From positions 378,906 to 442,905 of the forward strand of contig MNCI01002347.1 in assembly GCA_015680685.1 (NCBI GenBank): 64,000 bases of DNA, written 5' to 3'. Shown one piece after another: positions 1 through 13,770 of the stretch. The notes under the pieces were generated by a model. The model was not told the origin of the DNA, ran no database searches, and saw only the letters and a list, made by a program, of their open reading frames with translations. The position numbers were made by a program, and so were the translations under genes. Numbering within the stretch: position 1 is the stretch's first letter; each line of letters starts with the position of its first letter. The stretch comes from Gnetum montanum (lineage: Eukaryota; Plantae; Gnetophyta).

Positions 1-1904
1 CTAGCAGTTTTGAGGCTCCTAAGCACCTCATGTAATTTCCCCCTTTCTTTCATGTTGGACATGAATATCCCAGCATGGATGAAAGTGGGATGGTATTTTT
101 GTGCCATATTTGACCATTTTTGGGATTTTCGGAAGCTCTAGAGGGTTTCAGTAGGGTCTAAAGGGCATCGGGCTTTGAAAAATGGCTACTAAGTAGTCAA
201 TTTATGTCATTTCAGCTTCCCCCCATCCATCCATGCTAAGAATGAGATGCTCAGCATTGAAGAAGTCTCCCCTAGTATGGAAACACCAACTCTCAAGGTT
301 TCAACTAGTTTTGACTAGGTTTTGTGAGGTATTGGGAGTACTAGAGATGCTTGGAGGGGTTCTCGGTCATGTGAGGTCCACTTTGGGGTCAAACTTGGGC
401 TAGATGGGTGTTGGAAGCAAGAATGCATGTTACCCCCTTGTTCCATGTTGGGCAGTGTTGCCCCAGCATGGAAACCCAAGTTATCCCATTTTGATATTGT
501 TTCATCCCTTTTTTTGGAATCCCAAGGTTTAAAAAGATAGATTCAAGTTACTAAAAATGGTAAATATATATTTTTTAATGATTTTGTGAAATGGGAGGCA
601 TGTATCCACACTAGGCATGCCATCCCCAACATGGATGCATGGGAGTTAAGGTTGAAACATTTTTCTAAGTGTTAAAAGGGTCAAAACTTAGGCTTGATGT
701 AGTTTTTTGGATAGGAGGGAAGGCATATGGTGGGGCCCATAATCCATAAACTTTAAAATTTGAAAAGTGAAGCTAGTTCCCAGAAATCTTAGTGTTGAAG
801 AAAGTTTCCCCCTTTGCACTTCAATGCACATGGAGTTATGGTGCACTAAACTAGTAATTGTGGTTTAGAGGTGGGCATTTAGCTTTAGATGTAGTTTTTA
901 ATGCTAAATTTTGTAAGTTTTTTATCATAATTCACATTCTTGCACACTGTGCATTGGAGGAGAGCTCTTGTAGAGAATTTTATGGCAAAAGCAACCCATT
1001 GTTAGCGTGGAAGCCTTCCATCTTCCTTCCACATAGCGTAGAACCTCCATCCTTCTCATCTTGAAACTCTCCCAGCATTGAGCCTACCATGGTGCCAAAA
1101 CAATGTGAAGGAAAAAGCTAGAACCTAAGGATCTAGAAGGTAGAACACCATGCTAGGGAGCTATCAGAATTTCCTAGGCCTATTCTCATCCAGGCCTCAT
1201 TTTTCATTGCTTCGAGGTAGGTATTTCTTCCTATTTTTGCTTGGTTTTTAGCTGTTTTTATTATTTTTGTTGTATTTTTCTTACTACCTATGGGGCCATT
1301 TTTTTTAGATCTATGTTGATAGAGGTAAACTAAAATTTTGATGAAACTCCACCTCTTATTTTGGCCATTTCCACATGGATCCATGATCATTTCATTGTTT
1401 TTGCCTTAATAAATTTGATATTTTAAAATCAAGCCTCCTGTTTTCATGCTTTTTTCCAAAAATTTTGGGAGTATGGTCATTTTTTCAAATCTAGGCCAAA
1501 TTATTCATCAAAATTAAATTTTAAAAAAATCCCAACCCATTATTTTGGTGTTTTTCTAATGGGTATCAATCATTTCAGCTATTTTGGCTATGTTTTTATG
1601 GCTATGTTAAGTTGGGTTTTAGCTTTTTACATAGAAAAAGAAAGCACAAGTTTGTATTTTTTTCATAAGAAAATGGCTAATATTTTTCAAAGAAAATGTT
1701 ATGTGTTTGTAACCCTATGTTTAAGCTTTCCAATAGCTATTATCTCATTCAATTTGGCTTTGAAATGATCAAGTTATGGCTATTTTCCTAAGGTCATGAA
1801 GTTAGGTTTCTCATGCTATTTTTAAAATTTCATGTAAGTTCACAGATTTTTTCTAAGAAAATAGAAATCGATTTGGCTATTTTTTGGCTATGGCTGAGTA
1901 GGTC

Positions 1905-2345
1905 TTGGCTTCAAATTTCTAATGGAGTGGAATCATTCTGATTGGACTTAAAACAAATTTTTAACAAAATTTTTATTAAGCCTATGTCAAAAGGAGGTTT
2001 GTGCCACTTTCAGAATTTTCATCCAAATTGAAATTTTTTTTTCTTGAATAAACAACAAAGGTTTTAAATTTTTAATAAGTATGGACGTGTAGAGATTTAT
2101 TTAAGCTTTCAAATGGTAGTGGAATCACTCCATTTGGAGCTTAAACAAATTTTTGGCAAATTATTTACCAACCCTACGTGAAAAGGAGTTAATGGTGACG
2201 GCTATTATTTTGCCTATGTTCCATGTAAAAACGGCTATGTGTTTTTATTTGTAATGATTATGGCTTCAAAGCTTGTAATTTCAGAATTCTTTCCATGGTG
2301 GAATCATTGAAATTGAAGCTTGTGCGAGTTTTTGATAAAGTTTTG
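1905..2345. repeat. Three diverged copies of a ~90 bp unit (ggaatcat...attggagcttaaacaaattttt)
   Basis: Copies at ~1905-2000, ~2100-2190 and ~2275-2345. Confidence 0.65.
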
Positions 2346-2685
2346 GTTATGGTTGTGTAGATAAGGCAAAATTACGATTGTAGCACGTTACCCCTTTGGG
2401 GATGGAAATGATTGATATGTGTAGCCTTTTCTTATCAACATGTAAAACTTATGTTTTAAATTTTTTTTAAAGAAAAGCAAAAGCTTTGCTATTTTTCGAA
2501 GGCTTATGGCTATATGCTTTTTTAAATTTTAATAATTTTTTAAGTTTTAATGCTTTTTTCTAAATTTGTGCATAGTTTCAATGCTTTTTTCTAAATTTAT
2601 TCATAGTTTAGACTAAGACTTAGTTTTGGCTATAATATTTTAGTTATGAAGTAAAAGACTATAATAGATAGTAATAATGCATTTA

Positions 2686-2935
2686 TAGAATTTCTTAAGT
2701 CAACTTAAATAAACACCTTAGAGCTTTTTATGAAGGCTAATTTCACCTTTGACTAGATGTTTTTTCCAAATTTGCTAAGTAATCCCAATTGGTCATAACA
2801 TAAGGTTGTAATAATTTTTTCTTGTGGAATTCCTTAAGCTAATTTAGATAAACACCTTAGAGCTTTTTACAAAGGATAATTTCACCTTTGACTAGATGTT
2901 TTTTTCCAAATTTGCTAAGTAATTTCAATTGGTCA
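2686..2935. repeat. Direct duplication of ~110 bp (2686-2796 / 2825-2935)
   Basis: Near-identical ataaacaccttagagcttttta...tttcacctttgactagatgttttttccaaatttgctaagtaat in both copies. Confidence 0.9.
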
Positions 2936-5900
2936 TCATGCTTTTGTTTCATTTCATGTAGGGTTTTTTTAAAGCCTATCCTCATCATTGTAGAGTTGGT
3001 GGGTATTTTGTGCTACATTGGTCATCACAAGACCAATATCCCACTCCCTAATATGCCTTTGGGAAAGGCTTCACTATGGTTTTGGCTTGGGGCAAAGGAA
3101 TTCCTTGTCTACATTCTACAAAACTTCAACGTGATGTTATGGTCACACTTGTTTGTAGATGTGGCTGGGGCTGTAGTAAAGTCATTATTGCCTCAAGCAT
3201 CCAGCTTGGTTTCTAGGTTCATCACCGACAAGTTGTTAGTAGGAGGAGCAGTAGATGCTATTAGTCCACATTACCTCACATAGATATGGATGATGCCAAA
3301 GTATAGTTAGTATAACGTTGACAATACTCTGATGGTGGTTTATAAAGCCAACACATTATTTTAGAACCCACTTTGCATTGTGTATCATCTACAAGTGTAA
3401 GCATGGTTATTGTAATTTTTTTATGCTTTTGGCTTGACTACCCTTCCTAACTTCATTGGTTTAACAAACTTCTTGCAAGTACAAGGTTAATGATCAAGGC
3501 TTGATCATCAATGAACAAATCTTGAAAGTGACTCAAACTACTTTAAAAAAATTCACTAAGAGTCCTTAGATTAGAATTATCATGTATCCACAATTAAGAG
3601 GAGACTTTGATGCATACACTTCAAGGTTCAATCTTGTATACAAGAAGTGCAAGAATGATGAGACAATGCACAACTAGTGGGTAGATGTCGATAATTCCAT
3701 GGATTAGACCCTTGCAGCTAAGACCTCCACCCAAACCACATCAAAGAAAAATAGGAAAGGTAAACATAAAGGCTATAACTTCTAATGTTTTGTGGTTATA
3801 AAAATTCTAATTGTTCTATTTCTTTGACTGATTATTAAACTTGCTTATGTTGATGCTAAACTTTGGTTGTTGCTTCACAAGACTTCCACCTTTGTTGATG
3901 TCGCCATACCACTTTTAAGAGCTCATCATGGGGATACCCTCATCCTAAAGTTTGTTGAGGTGATATCAGCATAGGAGTTGTTAAGGGGATAGGTGCCTAG
4001 ATATGTTCAAGCAAATATCCAACATACAAGTTTTCTTGATGTATTTATGGTACCTATCCCTTCCATCCTTATTGCGAAGATGTTGCATGTTATCGACTCC
4101 TTCAATGAGAAGGTTGGTCATTTCAACACCATCATTTGGGGTGTGAAGGTTAACATGGATATTGATGAGGGCCTCTTTCACAACTTGTTTAGTGTCCTTA
4201 TTGACTAGGCAAAGGTCCCAACAAGAATAGTGAAGAAATCAGGTCATCATGATGAAGTTTTAGAGTGGCTTGGTGCCAACATGGGCCACTCCAGAATTTT
4301 CATGGATGGCTCTACAAACCTTGATGCAAAGGATTCATATCCTTTTTTCAAGTCTCATGCATTTCCTAAACTATTATTGCAAACGAAGGTGATTAGCATT
4401 GCATAGGGGCCTTTAAGAAGGTCTTGATAGATGGCATCAAGTTCAACTAGGCAACTACCTTGGCTATTGGGCTTTAAGAGGAAATCTGTAAACTCTATGT
4501 AGATACCTCTATAATAATCCACACGCACTTTAGATTTTTTGTGGGTTATTTAAATAGGTTTGTGGATTTCTTGGTGGTGTATGTGAATGGACAATGGGTT
4601 TCCCAAGACCCAAGCTAACTTTCTACGCCTTGGATAAAGCATATTTATCCAATAGTGTAGGCTTAAAACCCACTAGAGGGGATCAATGATACATTATCCA
4701 TTACCACTAAGGATCTTATTGTCGGGATGTTTGAGTCTCCTAAACACATAGATGATGAGGAGTCCCTCACATTCCTAGCAAGTGTCTAGGAGGCTAAATG
4801 ACTACGTAGGAATGCTGAAGGGGCTACCAAAGAGGAACTTAAGAGGCCTATGGAAGAGGCACCGCTTGCATCAAACCAACCTACCCCAAAGAAGCTAAAG
4901 TTTAATCATAGGCCATTGTAGTAGGTAGTTACATGTATGCTTTGTTTAAATTTGGCTATTTCATGTTTTAAAGTTTATGGCTACTTTATGGCTTCATTTG
5001 TTAATTGGCTTTCTATGTGCTATGGTTGTAGAAATACATCAGGCTATGGAAGCCCAAGATACCATGGAGGCAAAATAAAGGTGTGTAGAAGAGACACTCC
5101 TGAAGTAACTTGAGGTTGAAGGGTTTGCTGATGCAAATATAAATGATCTAGATGCCTTGTTTGATGAGGCGGTGATGGGTACATCCCACATCGTCATCCC
5201 AAAGGAGGAAGAGGAGGAGGAGCCAGGTATGCCCATACCTTAATATTTTCATCATATCTTATAGTTTTATTTTGGTTTTCATCTTAAACATTCAATGGTT
5301 ATTATGCTTATAGTAGTTCCTGAGCTACCAGTGCAAGCACTTCTCCCTAAGTTTCCTATGAAACCATGGGTGAAGACTCCAAACAAGGTGGAGTTCATAT
5401 ATGGGATGGCTAAGGACATGATCAATCGGTCCCAATAGGTTGCACTCAAGATAGGTAAGGACTTTGTTTTATGTGCATTAGTTGTTTGTCTATGCTATAG
5501 GTTATGCTTGTGTCATGGCTATTTTAGGTTGTAGATTATGTTTATGGTTATATTTCATGCTTTGTGTACTGCCTTCTATGGAGTGTGACTTGAGTAGAGA
5601 CATGGAGATTGACTCCTTGCCTAAACTTTCCTCTGATGTATCTAGTATACCCTTGAAGTTGTATGAGATTGCTATTGATCTAGCAATGTTGTGTGCAAAA
5701 ACTTCATGGGAGCTAGAGAGGTCCAACAAATCCCTATGGAAGGAAGTTGGAGCTAGAGAAGACTCAACAGCAGGAGGAAATCATTGGAGATCTCCTAGAC
5801 TATAGGGCCTTTATGGAGACTGAAGTGATTAACTCAGGGGAGTTATAGACTAAGGAGATCATGTGGGCCTACTATTGGCATGTCATTCAAGACACAATAA

Positions 5901-6869
5901 CAATCCTACGAGAGATGACGTAACAATGTATGCAAATGGAACTCATCTCCCAGAAGCTTGAGGACTTGAAAGATCATTGTGCTTGGGTCCTAGAATGGGG
6001 TAAGAAACAAAAGGTCCACATCCGACAGTACAAGTTAGATCATGCAACCTACCTTAAGTGGCTCAAGGAGAAGTCGGTTGAACAAAGCAAGAGAGAGCTA
6101 TTCATCTAGGGATCTACGTGGAGAGTGCTTATTAGCTTTTTGAAAGTACTCTCATGGTGGAGCAATCCCCTAATACTTGAATTACCGCTACTATAGACAA
6201 GACATCTATAGCTGCTATGGCCCAAGAGCCACCTACTTGGACTATGGTAGATAGGACCAACATCCTTTCTAGCGTTGATCTTGGGGATGTTGACTGGGTC
6301 AACATGATGGAGGACCAGATCCTCCATCATTTGGAGGAAGGCCTTCCACTTCTTCCCCTAGAAGTAATGGAGCCAAAGTCTCCATAGGTTTGATATATTT
6401 TATGTTTTAGTTTTTATTCTAAGTCATTGTTTTGGCTATGGGTTACTAATTGGCTATATGTTGTTGCATTTTAGGCCTCAAGAAACATTGGCAACCCTAG
6501 CAATGAGGGTGAAAATGACCCACCACTTCCTCCTCTAGATGTCACTCAGTAGCCTCCATTAGCTTAGCTTGTTTGGCTATTTATTTTTATTTTCATGTTA
6601 ATGGCTATGATTATCCAAGACTATGTTATAGATTATTATTATTATATTTTGACATTTTTGCCATATAGTGTGGCGATAGCTATGTATGTTGTGGACATTC
6701 AAACTTTAAATTTAAAATTTTGCTTTATTTTAGCTATATATATGTTGTAGTAAACATTGTGAACATTGAGAATGACTATGTTGACATTTTGGTTATAACA
6801 TTAAATGGCTAATCAATGCAATAATAGGATAAAATAAAAGAAGTATAGTAATAAAGAAGATGTTCACTA

Positions 6870-7085
6870 GTTTTAGGCCATCATAGGCACAAGTTATATT
6901 GTGTTACCAATTTAAGGCCATATTGTCAGTTTAAAGTCTTAGCAGATTGTGACACTACTTTAGAGTCTTAGCATATTGTGATTTTGCTAGTTTAAGGCCA
7001 TAGCAGGCCATGTTGTGTGATTATCTTTGCCAGTTTAAGGCCATGATGGGCCATGATGCTAGTTTAATGTCTTAGCACACTAGTG
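6870..7085 (-). repeat. Degenerate tandem array, core TGGCCTTAAACT(A/G)GC on the minus strand
   Basis: About 7 copies of agtttaaggcca / agtttaaagtct visible. Homologous to 22830-23345. Confidence 0.8.
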
Positions 7086-7304
7086 ATGAAAAAGAAATAT
7101 ATATTTATAGGACTTTCGATGTTTATAATATGAGAAAAGTAAAGAAAGTTGTAATAAATAAGTAAAAATGCAAATGAAAGTAGAAACTTAGGTTATGTGC
7201 ATAAAAAGTAAAACAAAAATGCATAAAAATATATAACAAATTGCAAAAGAAAAGTTAGGTTATATGTATATTTGCTTATAAGGGTATGGGATGGAAAGGT
7301 TACT

Positions 7305-10300
7305 TCACTTGTGCAGATTCTTCCTAATCTTTGTGAAATTAGGGAATGAGTAAGGTTTGTTCTACGCAAGCTTGTATTCACCATCATCTTCACTAATGAT
7401 GCTAAAAGAAAGTTCATCCTATAATGCATCCCATTGCTTATCATTGTCATTGTTGGATTGTTTCTCTCTTTTGGGCTATTGGATTTCATGGCTGGGATCT
7501 TGTTCTTGAAGCTCCAATTTGGACCCTTGATCTATCATCATATTGTTGACAACCAGGGGCATTGTGTTATCACCATGAATGATCATTTTACCTCCTTCGT
7601 AAGGAAGGTGAATTTGTTAATGAATGGAAGAGGACACAGTTGGTAATTAAGTCAACCAAAACATTCCCAAGATAAGGTTAAATCTTGATGTCTCTTCTAC
7701 CACCAAGAAATTAGAGGTTATGGGGAATCTCTCCCCTGCTACAAAATCCAAGGAGATAGATCCTTTGAAAAGACCCCTTGATCCATTAAAGGAGTTAAGA
7801 GCTACGGTGGTTGTAGGTTGTATATACTCAGTTAAGCCTAATCGTTTAATGATGGTGCATGAGATGATGTTAGTTGCAGCCCCGTCATCAACATGTACCT
7901 GATGTACTTTCAACTATCCTATGTGTATGGTTATGAATAAAGGGGTTGTAGTTACTTAACCATTTTGGGGATTAACCTTGATTTCACTATCAGGAAATGT
8001 TAAGGGTGTTGAATTCTCCTTCCTTGATAAGGGAGGAATAAGCATTGCATGGATGGCTTCCTCGTTAGCGAGGATATCCTCACTAATGGGGATGAAAGTC
8101 AACATTTTGACTAATGTCTCACGATGTGTGATAGAAGTCATGATCAGGTCATACAAGCTTAAAGTTGTATTCTTCTGTTTAAGGGATTTCTTGACTCATT
8201 CCATTGCACTGAGGAAGTTTTTATTGTTGGCTATGGGATTGTTGCCCTGGTTGTGCTTTACTTTCTTCATGTGCCCCAAAATGCAAACTTTGGTTTTAGG
8301 TTGTGATTGTTGGAGCTTTTCCTCATTGTTTTGGTTATGGGCTTTGGTGTCCTCCTGTGGGTTGTTGGTTGGAGCAGATTATGTAGAGGAGGTCATGGGT
8401 ATAGCCAAAATGGGAGTGTGCTTTGGTGGGTCCACTTCCTTTCATGCCTTCATCTGCTTATCACCCTTGTTGTCAAGCTTTTTCTTATGCTTCTTCATTT
8501 TTTTGGTTGAATTTTTTTCGTTGTTAGCCATTGGTTGTGAGGAAGAGGCAGTAGCATTGGCCATCACAGGCAGTAGTTGTGTAGTTGTCTAGGCTAAAGC
8601 TAGTTGTGTTGTGTCAAGTTGAGGCATCCTAATGAAAAAAGGATCCCTCGGAGGTACTTGTGATGGTACTCTTATGAAAGAGGGGGGTCTTGAGCTGTGG
8701 GAAGATAGAGAAGCCCTTTCATCACAAGGAGGTACTTGAATCATGAATGGTTCTCTTACAAGTCTCTAATTATCATTAATGTTAAATGTTGAAATAACAT
8801 AAGGGTTGTCATTAGTGTTCAATGGGTCTTTGTAGACTTACATCAACTAGTTTTGTGGCTGAATTAGGTGGGAAGAATCTAAGACCAACTCCTCCTATCT
8901 ATCATCCTTTGTAGGTCATCCTTTGGCACAAGGAAAAATTTTTTGTCATGACTTGGTAGTTGGTGATAATGGCAAAAATGATCTATTTTGAAGTACCTAG
9001 GGATTTCGGGATCATCCTTTGTTGCTTACTTGGGGTCTTTGGATATTTTGCATAACCACTTGTCTTTCTTTCGAGTGACTTTAGTCATTTGTTTGTGTTG
9101 CATGTGTTCACTCTTTAATAGTTGGTTTAGTAACTTGGATGGTTTCATAGGTAAGATAGTGTATGTGGACCTATCCTTTCTTTTGAAGTTACGTCTAGTT
9201 ATTGTTGATGCAGTAGCCCCAAAGGTTGATGGCTTGTTATTGTAGTCATTAGTGGGGACCTTGGGTGGGTTGGCCCTTGGCCCTTGGATTGTGATCTTTT
9301 TTTCTTTGGTTACAATTGCTATGACCACATTGTTTTGTTTGCTCTTTTTTTGTCTCTCCATGTATGTTGATTTTTGTATGCTACATAGGCCAGATCACGC
9401 TGGCCTCCACAACATCTTCTATATTTCTAGTTTGAGAAAATTCTTGGCTGAGGGACCGTAGGTCAAGGTAGTAGAGCTTGGACTTGATAAAGTCATTAAT
9501 CACTTCCTTAAATATGGCTAATAAGTGGGCTTTGGCTATAGGCTATGGTATTTCATTCAACAATCCATTCCACCATTGAATGAATTTTTGCATGAGCTTA
9601 AGGGATCCTTACTTGATCTTCATGAGTTGATCTAGTGTGGTGTCAAGCTTCAAGTTATACTTAAAGTGCTTGAGAAATTGGACTATTAAGTCCTCCAAAG
9701 AGGATATGGATCCTCTAGGTAATGTGCAGGACCAATCAAGTGCTTTTTCATTTAGGGACATAAAGAAAACCCTCATGATGGTATGAGGCCATGGTTGTAA
9801 GAGTAAGAATTCAGATCGAAAGATAACAAGATGAGCATTGGGATCACCTTCTTCATTGTATTTGTTAAATTGGGGAATAGGGACACTAGGAGGAAGTGTT
9901 AAGGATGGGACTATAGGACTAATGGGATCGTCCTGGTATAAGTTCATAATCTTGACGGTTTATGAAGTAGAGGCTATAAGCCTCTTTAACTTCTCCATTA
10001 GGTCCTAGATCATCTAGAAGGCTTGATCTAGGTTGTATGGTGGCCCTGTTGGTTTTGGAGTTTGTACATAGGGTTGTGGCATTTTTTGTGAGGCTTGTGG
10101 CTTCACTATGGGTTACAAGATAGAAGGAAGTGGTTACATTATGGTTGTGGCTTATGGGCAAAAATAAAGAAAAGGATGTTTGTGCCAGTACTTGAGGCAC
10201 AAATGAGATAAATGGGTTGTGTGACCCTTGAGTTTCTTGGGGTTCCATGATGGGCCCCACATGGGTAGTTAACAGGTTTGTAGTGGTAAAAACCACTATC

Positions 10301-10830
10301 AATGGTTGCACAGATTGAGGTTGTGTAGGAAATGACATGGATGTGTTATATTTTGTTGTTTGTCACATTGATTGAGTTTGATGTGTGGCTATGACTAGTG
10401 TGTGACTAGTCATGGTAGGGCAGGAAGGAGTGGAAGATGGTGGCATCATGCCCATGCAGAAAAAAAAAGCATTAGAGAAAGGCATTGTGACCTTGGGAAA
10501 CATTTGTTGGAATAATTCTTCTAGGATGTTTTTAGGCTTAGATTCCATCCTAAATTCATCCTCCTCCTCTTGTTATTCTTCTAAGCTATGCTTGTCATCT
10601 TGCTCTTTCATCGTGATCAATTAAGCCAAGATGCTGGCATAGATATCAGTTAGAGGCATTTGATCATATAGGAAAGGGACATACTCTTTTCCATCTTGAT
10701 GTACAATATTAAACTCCATTTTTACCTTTGCTTCCACACATGGAATCATGAGGCCAGCCTACATTTGGGTGCAAATGGCATGATAATGGTCTTCATATAT
10801 GGAGATAAAGTTAGGACTCTTTCCTCTAAT
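7305..10830 (-). pseudogene. gag: gag-protease ORF of element A (many stops and frameshifts)
   Basis: Retrotrans_gag-like motif, zinc-knuckle-like CxYHxxxxH and aspartic protease D-D-G motif, FNLILGMFWL. Ends ...KIRKNLHK* (stop 7305-7307). Start is approximate. Confidence 0.85.
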
Positions 10831-12004
10831 CCTCAAAGATTGCCTACATTTGATGATGGTAGGGTCTTTGGGATCATAGACCCTCATGGCTTGTTGGAGG
10901 GTAAGGGAAAATTTGGTGGACTAATGAAAAGACATGGCTATAGTGTTGAGAATGGCTTAAAACAAGATATAAATGATAAAATAGAAGTAAATTCTAGTGA
11001 ATGGGACCCCAAAACATTTAAAGGAAACAAAAATGACCAACAATGAAGTACTTACTATAATTTGTAAGTGGGGTGGATAAGGGGGTTTACCCCTTTACCA
11101 AAAATGAAAAACTAGAAACATCGATATCAAACCTTACCCAAATTGGCCTTCCAACCTCTTAACTCACACCTTCTAACTCAACGTTGATGAGGGAAAGGCT
11201 AAAGACCAAAGTGGAAAGTTGGTGTTTCTTCCACAAGAAAAAAATGATCTTGGTGTTTCTTCCACCTGCAACTTCCACACTATAGTTTTGGTCATAGGGG
11301 GGGAAGGGGTAGCACTAATCCTTTGGGAGTTTTTGCTATGAAAATATGGAAAAGGACTTTCAACTTGTAGTGTTGGCTTTGGCGAAGTTGGTGTTTAGCC
11401 TCTTCCACACTAACCTTCCAACTACTTCCACATTGGGTATGGTAGGGGGAAAATAAGGGGGATGAGATAATGGAAATCTCACAACTTCTATTTCAATGTT
11501 GGAGAGAGGTGAGAAATTTTGAAGGCCAAAACGACAACCTAGCAATTTCCAAAAAATGATTTTGGCAAGCTACCAAATTTTACCACAAAAAGGGGAAAAG
11601 TAGGTTTGGTTGGTATGGAAACCAATGTTGGTTTGTAGTAAAAAATGTGGCAGAAAAAATTAAATGGTTATTAAGGCTTCCATGTTGGTTTCATTCTAAA
11701 AATTCACAGTAGATGTTGATAAATTTTAGCACCCAAACTACCTGCAACTTCCATGCTAAGGTTTCTGCTATAGGAATGGTAAGGACAACATTGGATTTCC
11801 AAGATCTTGACTGCAAAAATGAAAATTCATTGCTAAGAGAAAACATTGGAAGTATGGCTAAAATATTTTGACATAGAAATTGGGTGGAGGCTCTTCTTCT
11901 AGCACCAAGAAAACTATTGTGACTAGAAAAATCACTCGCTGGAATGAAGATTGATAGATTCAGTGCACAACAGTCCTCAACCTCGGATACCCAAGGCCTC
12001 TACA

Positions 12005-13391
12005 AAAATGTGTGATTCGAGGTGCCCTAGCCAGTCTGATAGATCAACCAAGGACTTGGGGAAGTTGCAAAATAGTGTAATAAAATGGAATGCAAAAATT
12101 AATAATAGATCTAAATAATGCATAAAAAATAAACAAATATATCTTGCACACAAAACCTAGAACTTGAAACTTTATTGAGAAAGAATAAAGAATAAGTTAG
12201 AGAAATGTGTATAAATGGTGCTTAAATGGGCAATAGGGAGGTTCACATGGATGGGGGTTTAGGATTCGTTGAAGTCAATACGATCAACTCCACGATCCAG
12301 ATGTCCTACCACTCTCGATGCTATTGAACCTCTAGTGTTGTAATCTTGGATATACATCGTTGGCTATGGTGGGGATTGAGAAGTGTAAAGAATCCAAGCT
12401 GCCCAAGTGCTCTATGCTAGGAGTTGGAAATCCCAGAAGTGGAGCATAAAGCTTAGAAACTCAAAAATCCCAAATGGGGTTATAAGGTCATAAGGTTTCT
12501 ACGTTCGGTTTAAGAGGATACAAGTGTGGAAACTTGCAAAAAATCTTGAGTTCTTGAAAATGTCCAAGTGTAGAACTATGAAAAATTGTTGAATTGTGTA
12601 ATCAATGCCAATTTTCTTGGATCACAAAAGTGTGAAACTGCCAAAGTGTTGAATTGTGAAAAAGTATGAAACATATAAATGGTATTATAGGCTAGTTTTT
12701 ATAGGTCTTAGGCCACAAATGCGGCTACAAAATGGCTATGATTTGGCTACACAATGGTTGCAAATTGGTTGTCAAATTGCTGCAAATTTTCACTTTGTTT
12801 AGGTGAGATGGATGCCCAAATTTGGGGGGTTACCATATATAGTAAAAGTGTTCCCCCCATGGTCATTCCATTTACTATAAATAGTAGTAGGGGCACACCT
12901 TTTATGTTGGAGAGGAATCTTACACCATGCTTGCTGAAGTGGTTGGTCAACATTGGAGTGCATGAAGTGATGAAATTTGGCTATTGTGGCTTCCACATAG
13001 GGGGAATGTAATTTTCACATTGGTGGTGAGCCTCCATGGTAGGGGGAAACTTCCACACTATGGATGGAAGGTTTCCAAGCTATGAATGCAATCTCCATGC
13101 TTGGGGGAAAGTTTCCAAGCTGAGGGAAAACCCCCCACCTTTCCACATTGGGGGTAGGTGAGACTTACCTCCTACAAGTGTTTTTAGCATAGAGAAATTT
13201 ATACCCCCTCATAAAACCCATCAATTTTCCATTTTTGACATTCCAAAATGCATTTTGACACCCCCCCCCCCCCCCCCCCCCCCAAAAAAAAACATTAGGG
13301 CACAGGGGTATTTATAGTGCTAGGATTANCTTATGAGGCATTTTCAACCCCAAAAGTACAAAGTATGTGAAATTTCTCACTGTGGGTTACA
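12005..13391 (-). repeat. Probable 5' LTR of element A
   Basis: Minus strand begins TGTAACCCACA at 13391, has a TATA-like CCTATAAAAA at ~12696-12706 and a T-rich U5-like tract at ~12080-12200. Inner boundary uncertain, and there is no partner LTR in the window. Confidence 0.5.
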
Positions 13392-13419
13392 ATCTTCACA
13401 TTTACAATGAAGTTTTGTC

Positions 13420-13770
13420 TTGGGCTTCATGGGGTGAAAGCTACATGATGAAAATTAGTTATAACATGCAAATTTTTGTGGTGTTTCATTACTAGCATGA
13501 GGATTAGTTGACTACTAGTTAGCTACAAGTTTTTTGAAGTATCCATGATGGTTTGGTCTTAATCTTTCCATTTTCTTTCATAATGTAGTCAATCATATCA
13601 TTAAATGTGCTTGTGTAAACAACTGGTCCATCTTGAAACTTGAGAATCTCATGAAGAACCTTGCTTAAGACCAAGGTATTCACAACGTGAACATCACTCA
13701 TGTAGATCAACTATTGACACTTCACTTCACTGTTAAGCTCCTACATCACAATGGCACTCCTAGATTAGGT
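13420..13770 (-). pseudogene. Possible very old Ty1/Copia RNase H remnant
   Basis: VLSKVLHEILKFQDGPVV...KIKTK loosely resembles the Copia RH segment WLRRLLxELG...xRTKHI. Weak. Confidence 0.3.

Larger units (their letters stand above)
1089..6566 (+). pseudogene. Multi-exon accessory gene, antisense to gag-pol, inside element A. Possibly related to plant mobile domain / Transposase_32-like TE accessory proteins.
   Basis: Protein similarity to 23535-27993(-): VFLKPILIIVELVGILCYIG vs VLLKLVLMIMELIDILFCIS; LWFWLGAKEFLVY vs VWFWLGVSEFLAY; IAKMLHVIDSFN vs MAKMVTIIDSFN; YPFFKSHAFPKLL vs YPLFHPRAFPKLL. T-rich GT..AG introns at approx 1217-2961, 3397-3480, 3760-3881, 4925-5031, 5227-5313, 5455-5534 and 6388-6474. 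Confidence 0.75.
1..13391 (-). mobile_element. Element A: degraded Ty3/Gypsy Tat-clade LTR retrotransposon (5' LTR, gag, protease, tandem array, antisense gene). RT-INT is predicted to lie left of the window.
   Basis: Minus-strand gag (FNKYNEEGDPNAHL...ALDW...SISSLEDL...F at 9609-9947), C/H knuckle DHFCHYHQLPSH (~8940-8985) and protease VHVDDGAATNII (7647-7913). Collinear with element B over gag, PR, array and antisense gene. Confidence 0.85.

Noticed and set aside
7978-8592. Longest ORF in the track (204 aa, +) and similar hydrophobic ORFs
   Set aside because: Antisense shadow of the minus-strand gag-PR linker, with no independent coding evidence.
11985-12010. Candidate PBS of element A
   Set aside because: Only a weak match to any tRNA 3' end, so it was used only as an approximate LTR boundary.
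13261-13291. Poly-C/poly-A run, and (CCCCA)n at 16198-16225
   Set aside because: Simple low-complexity tracts, the first near an N. No evidence of function.
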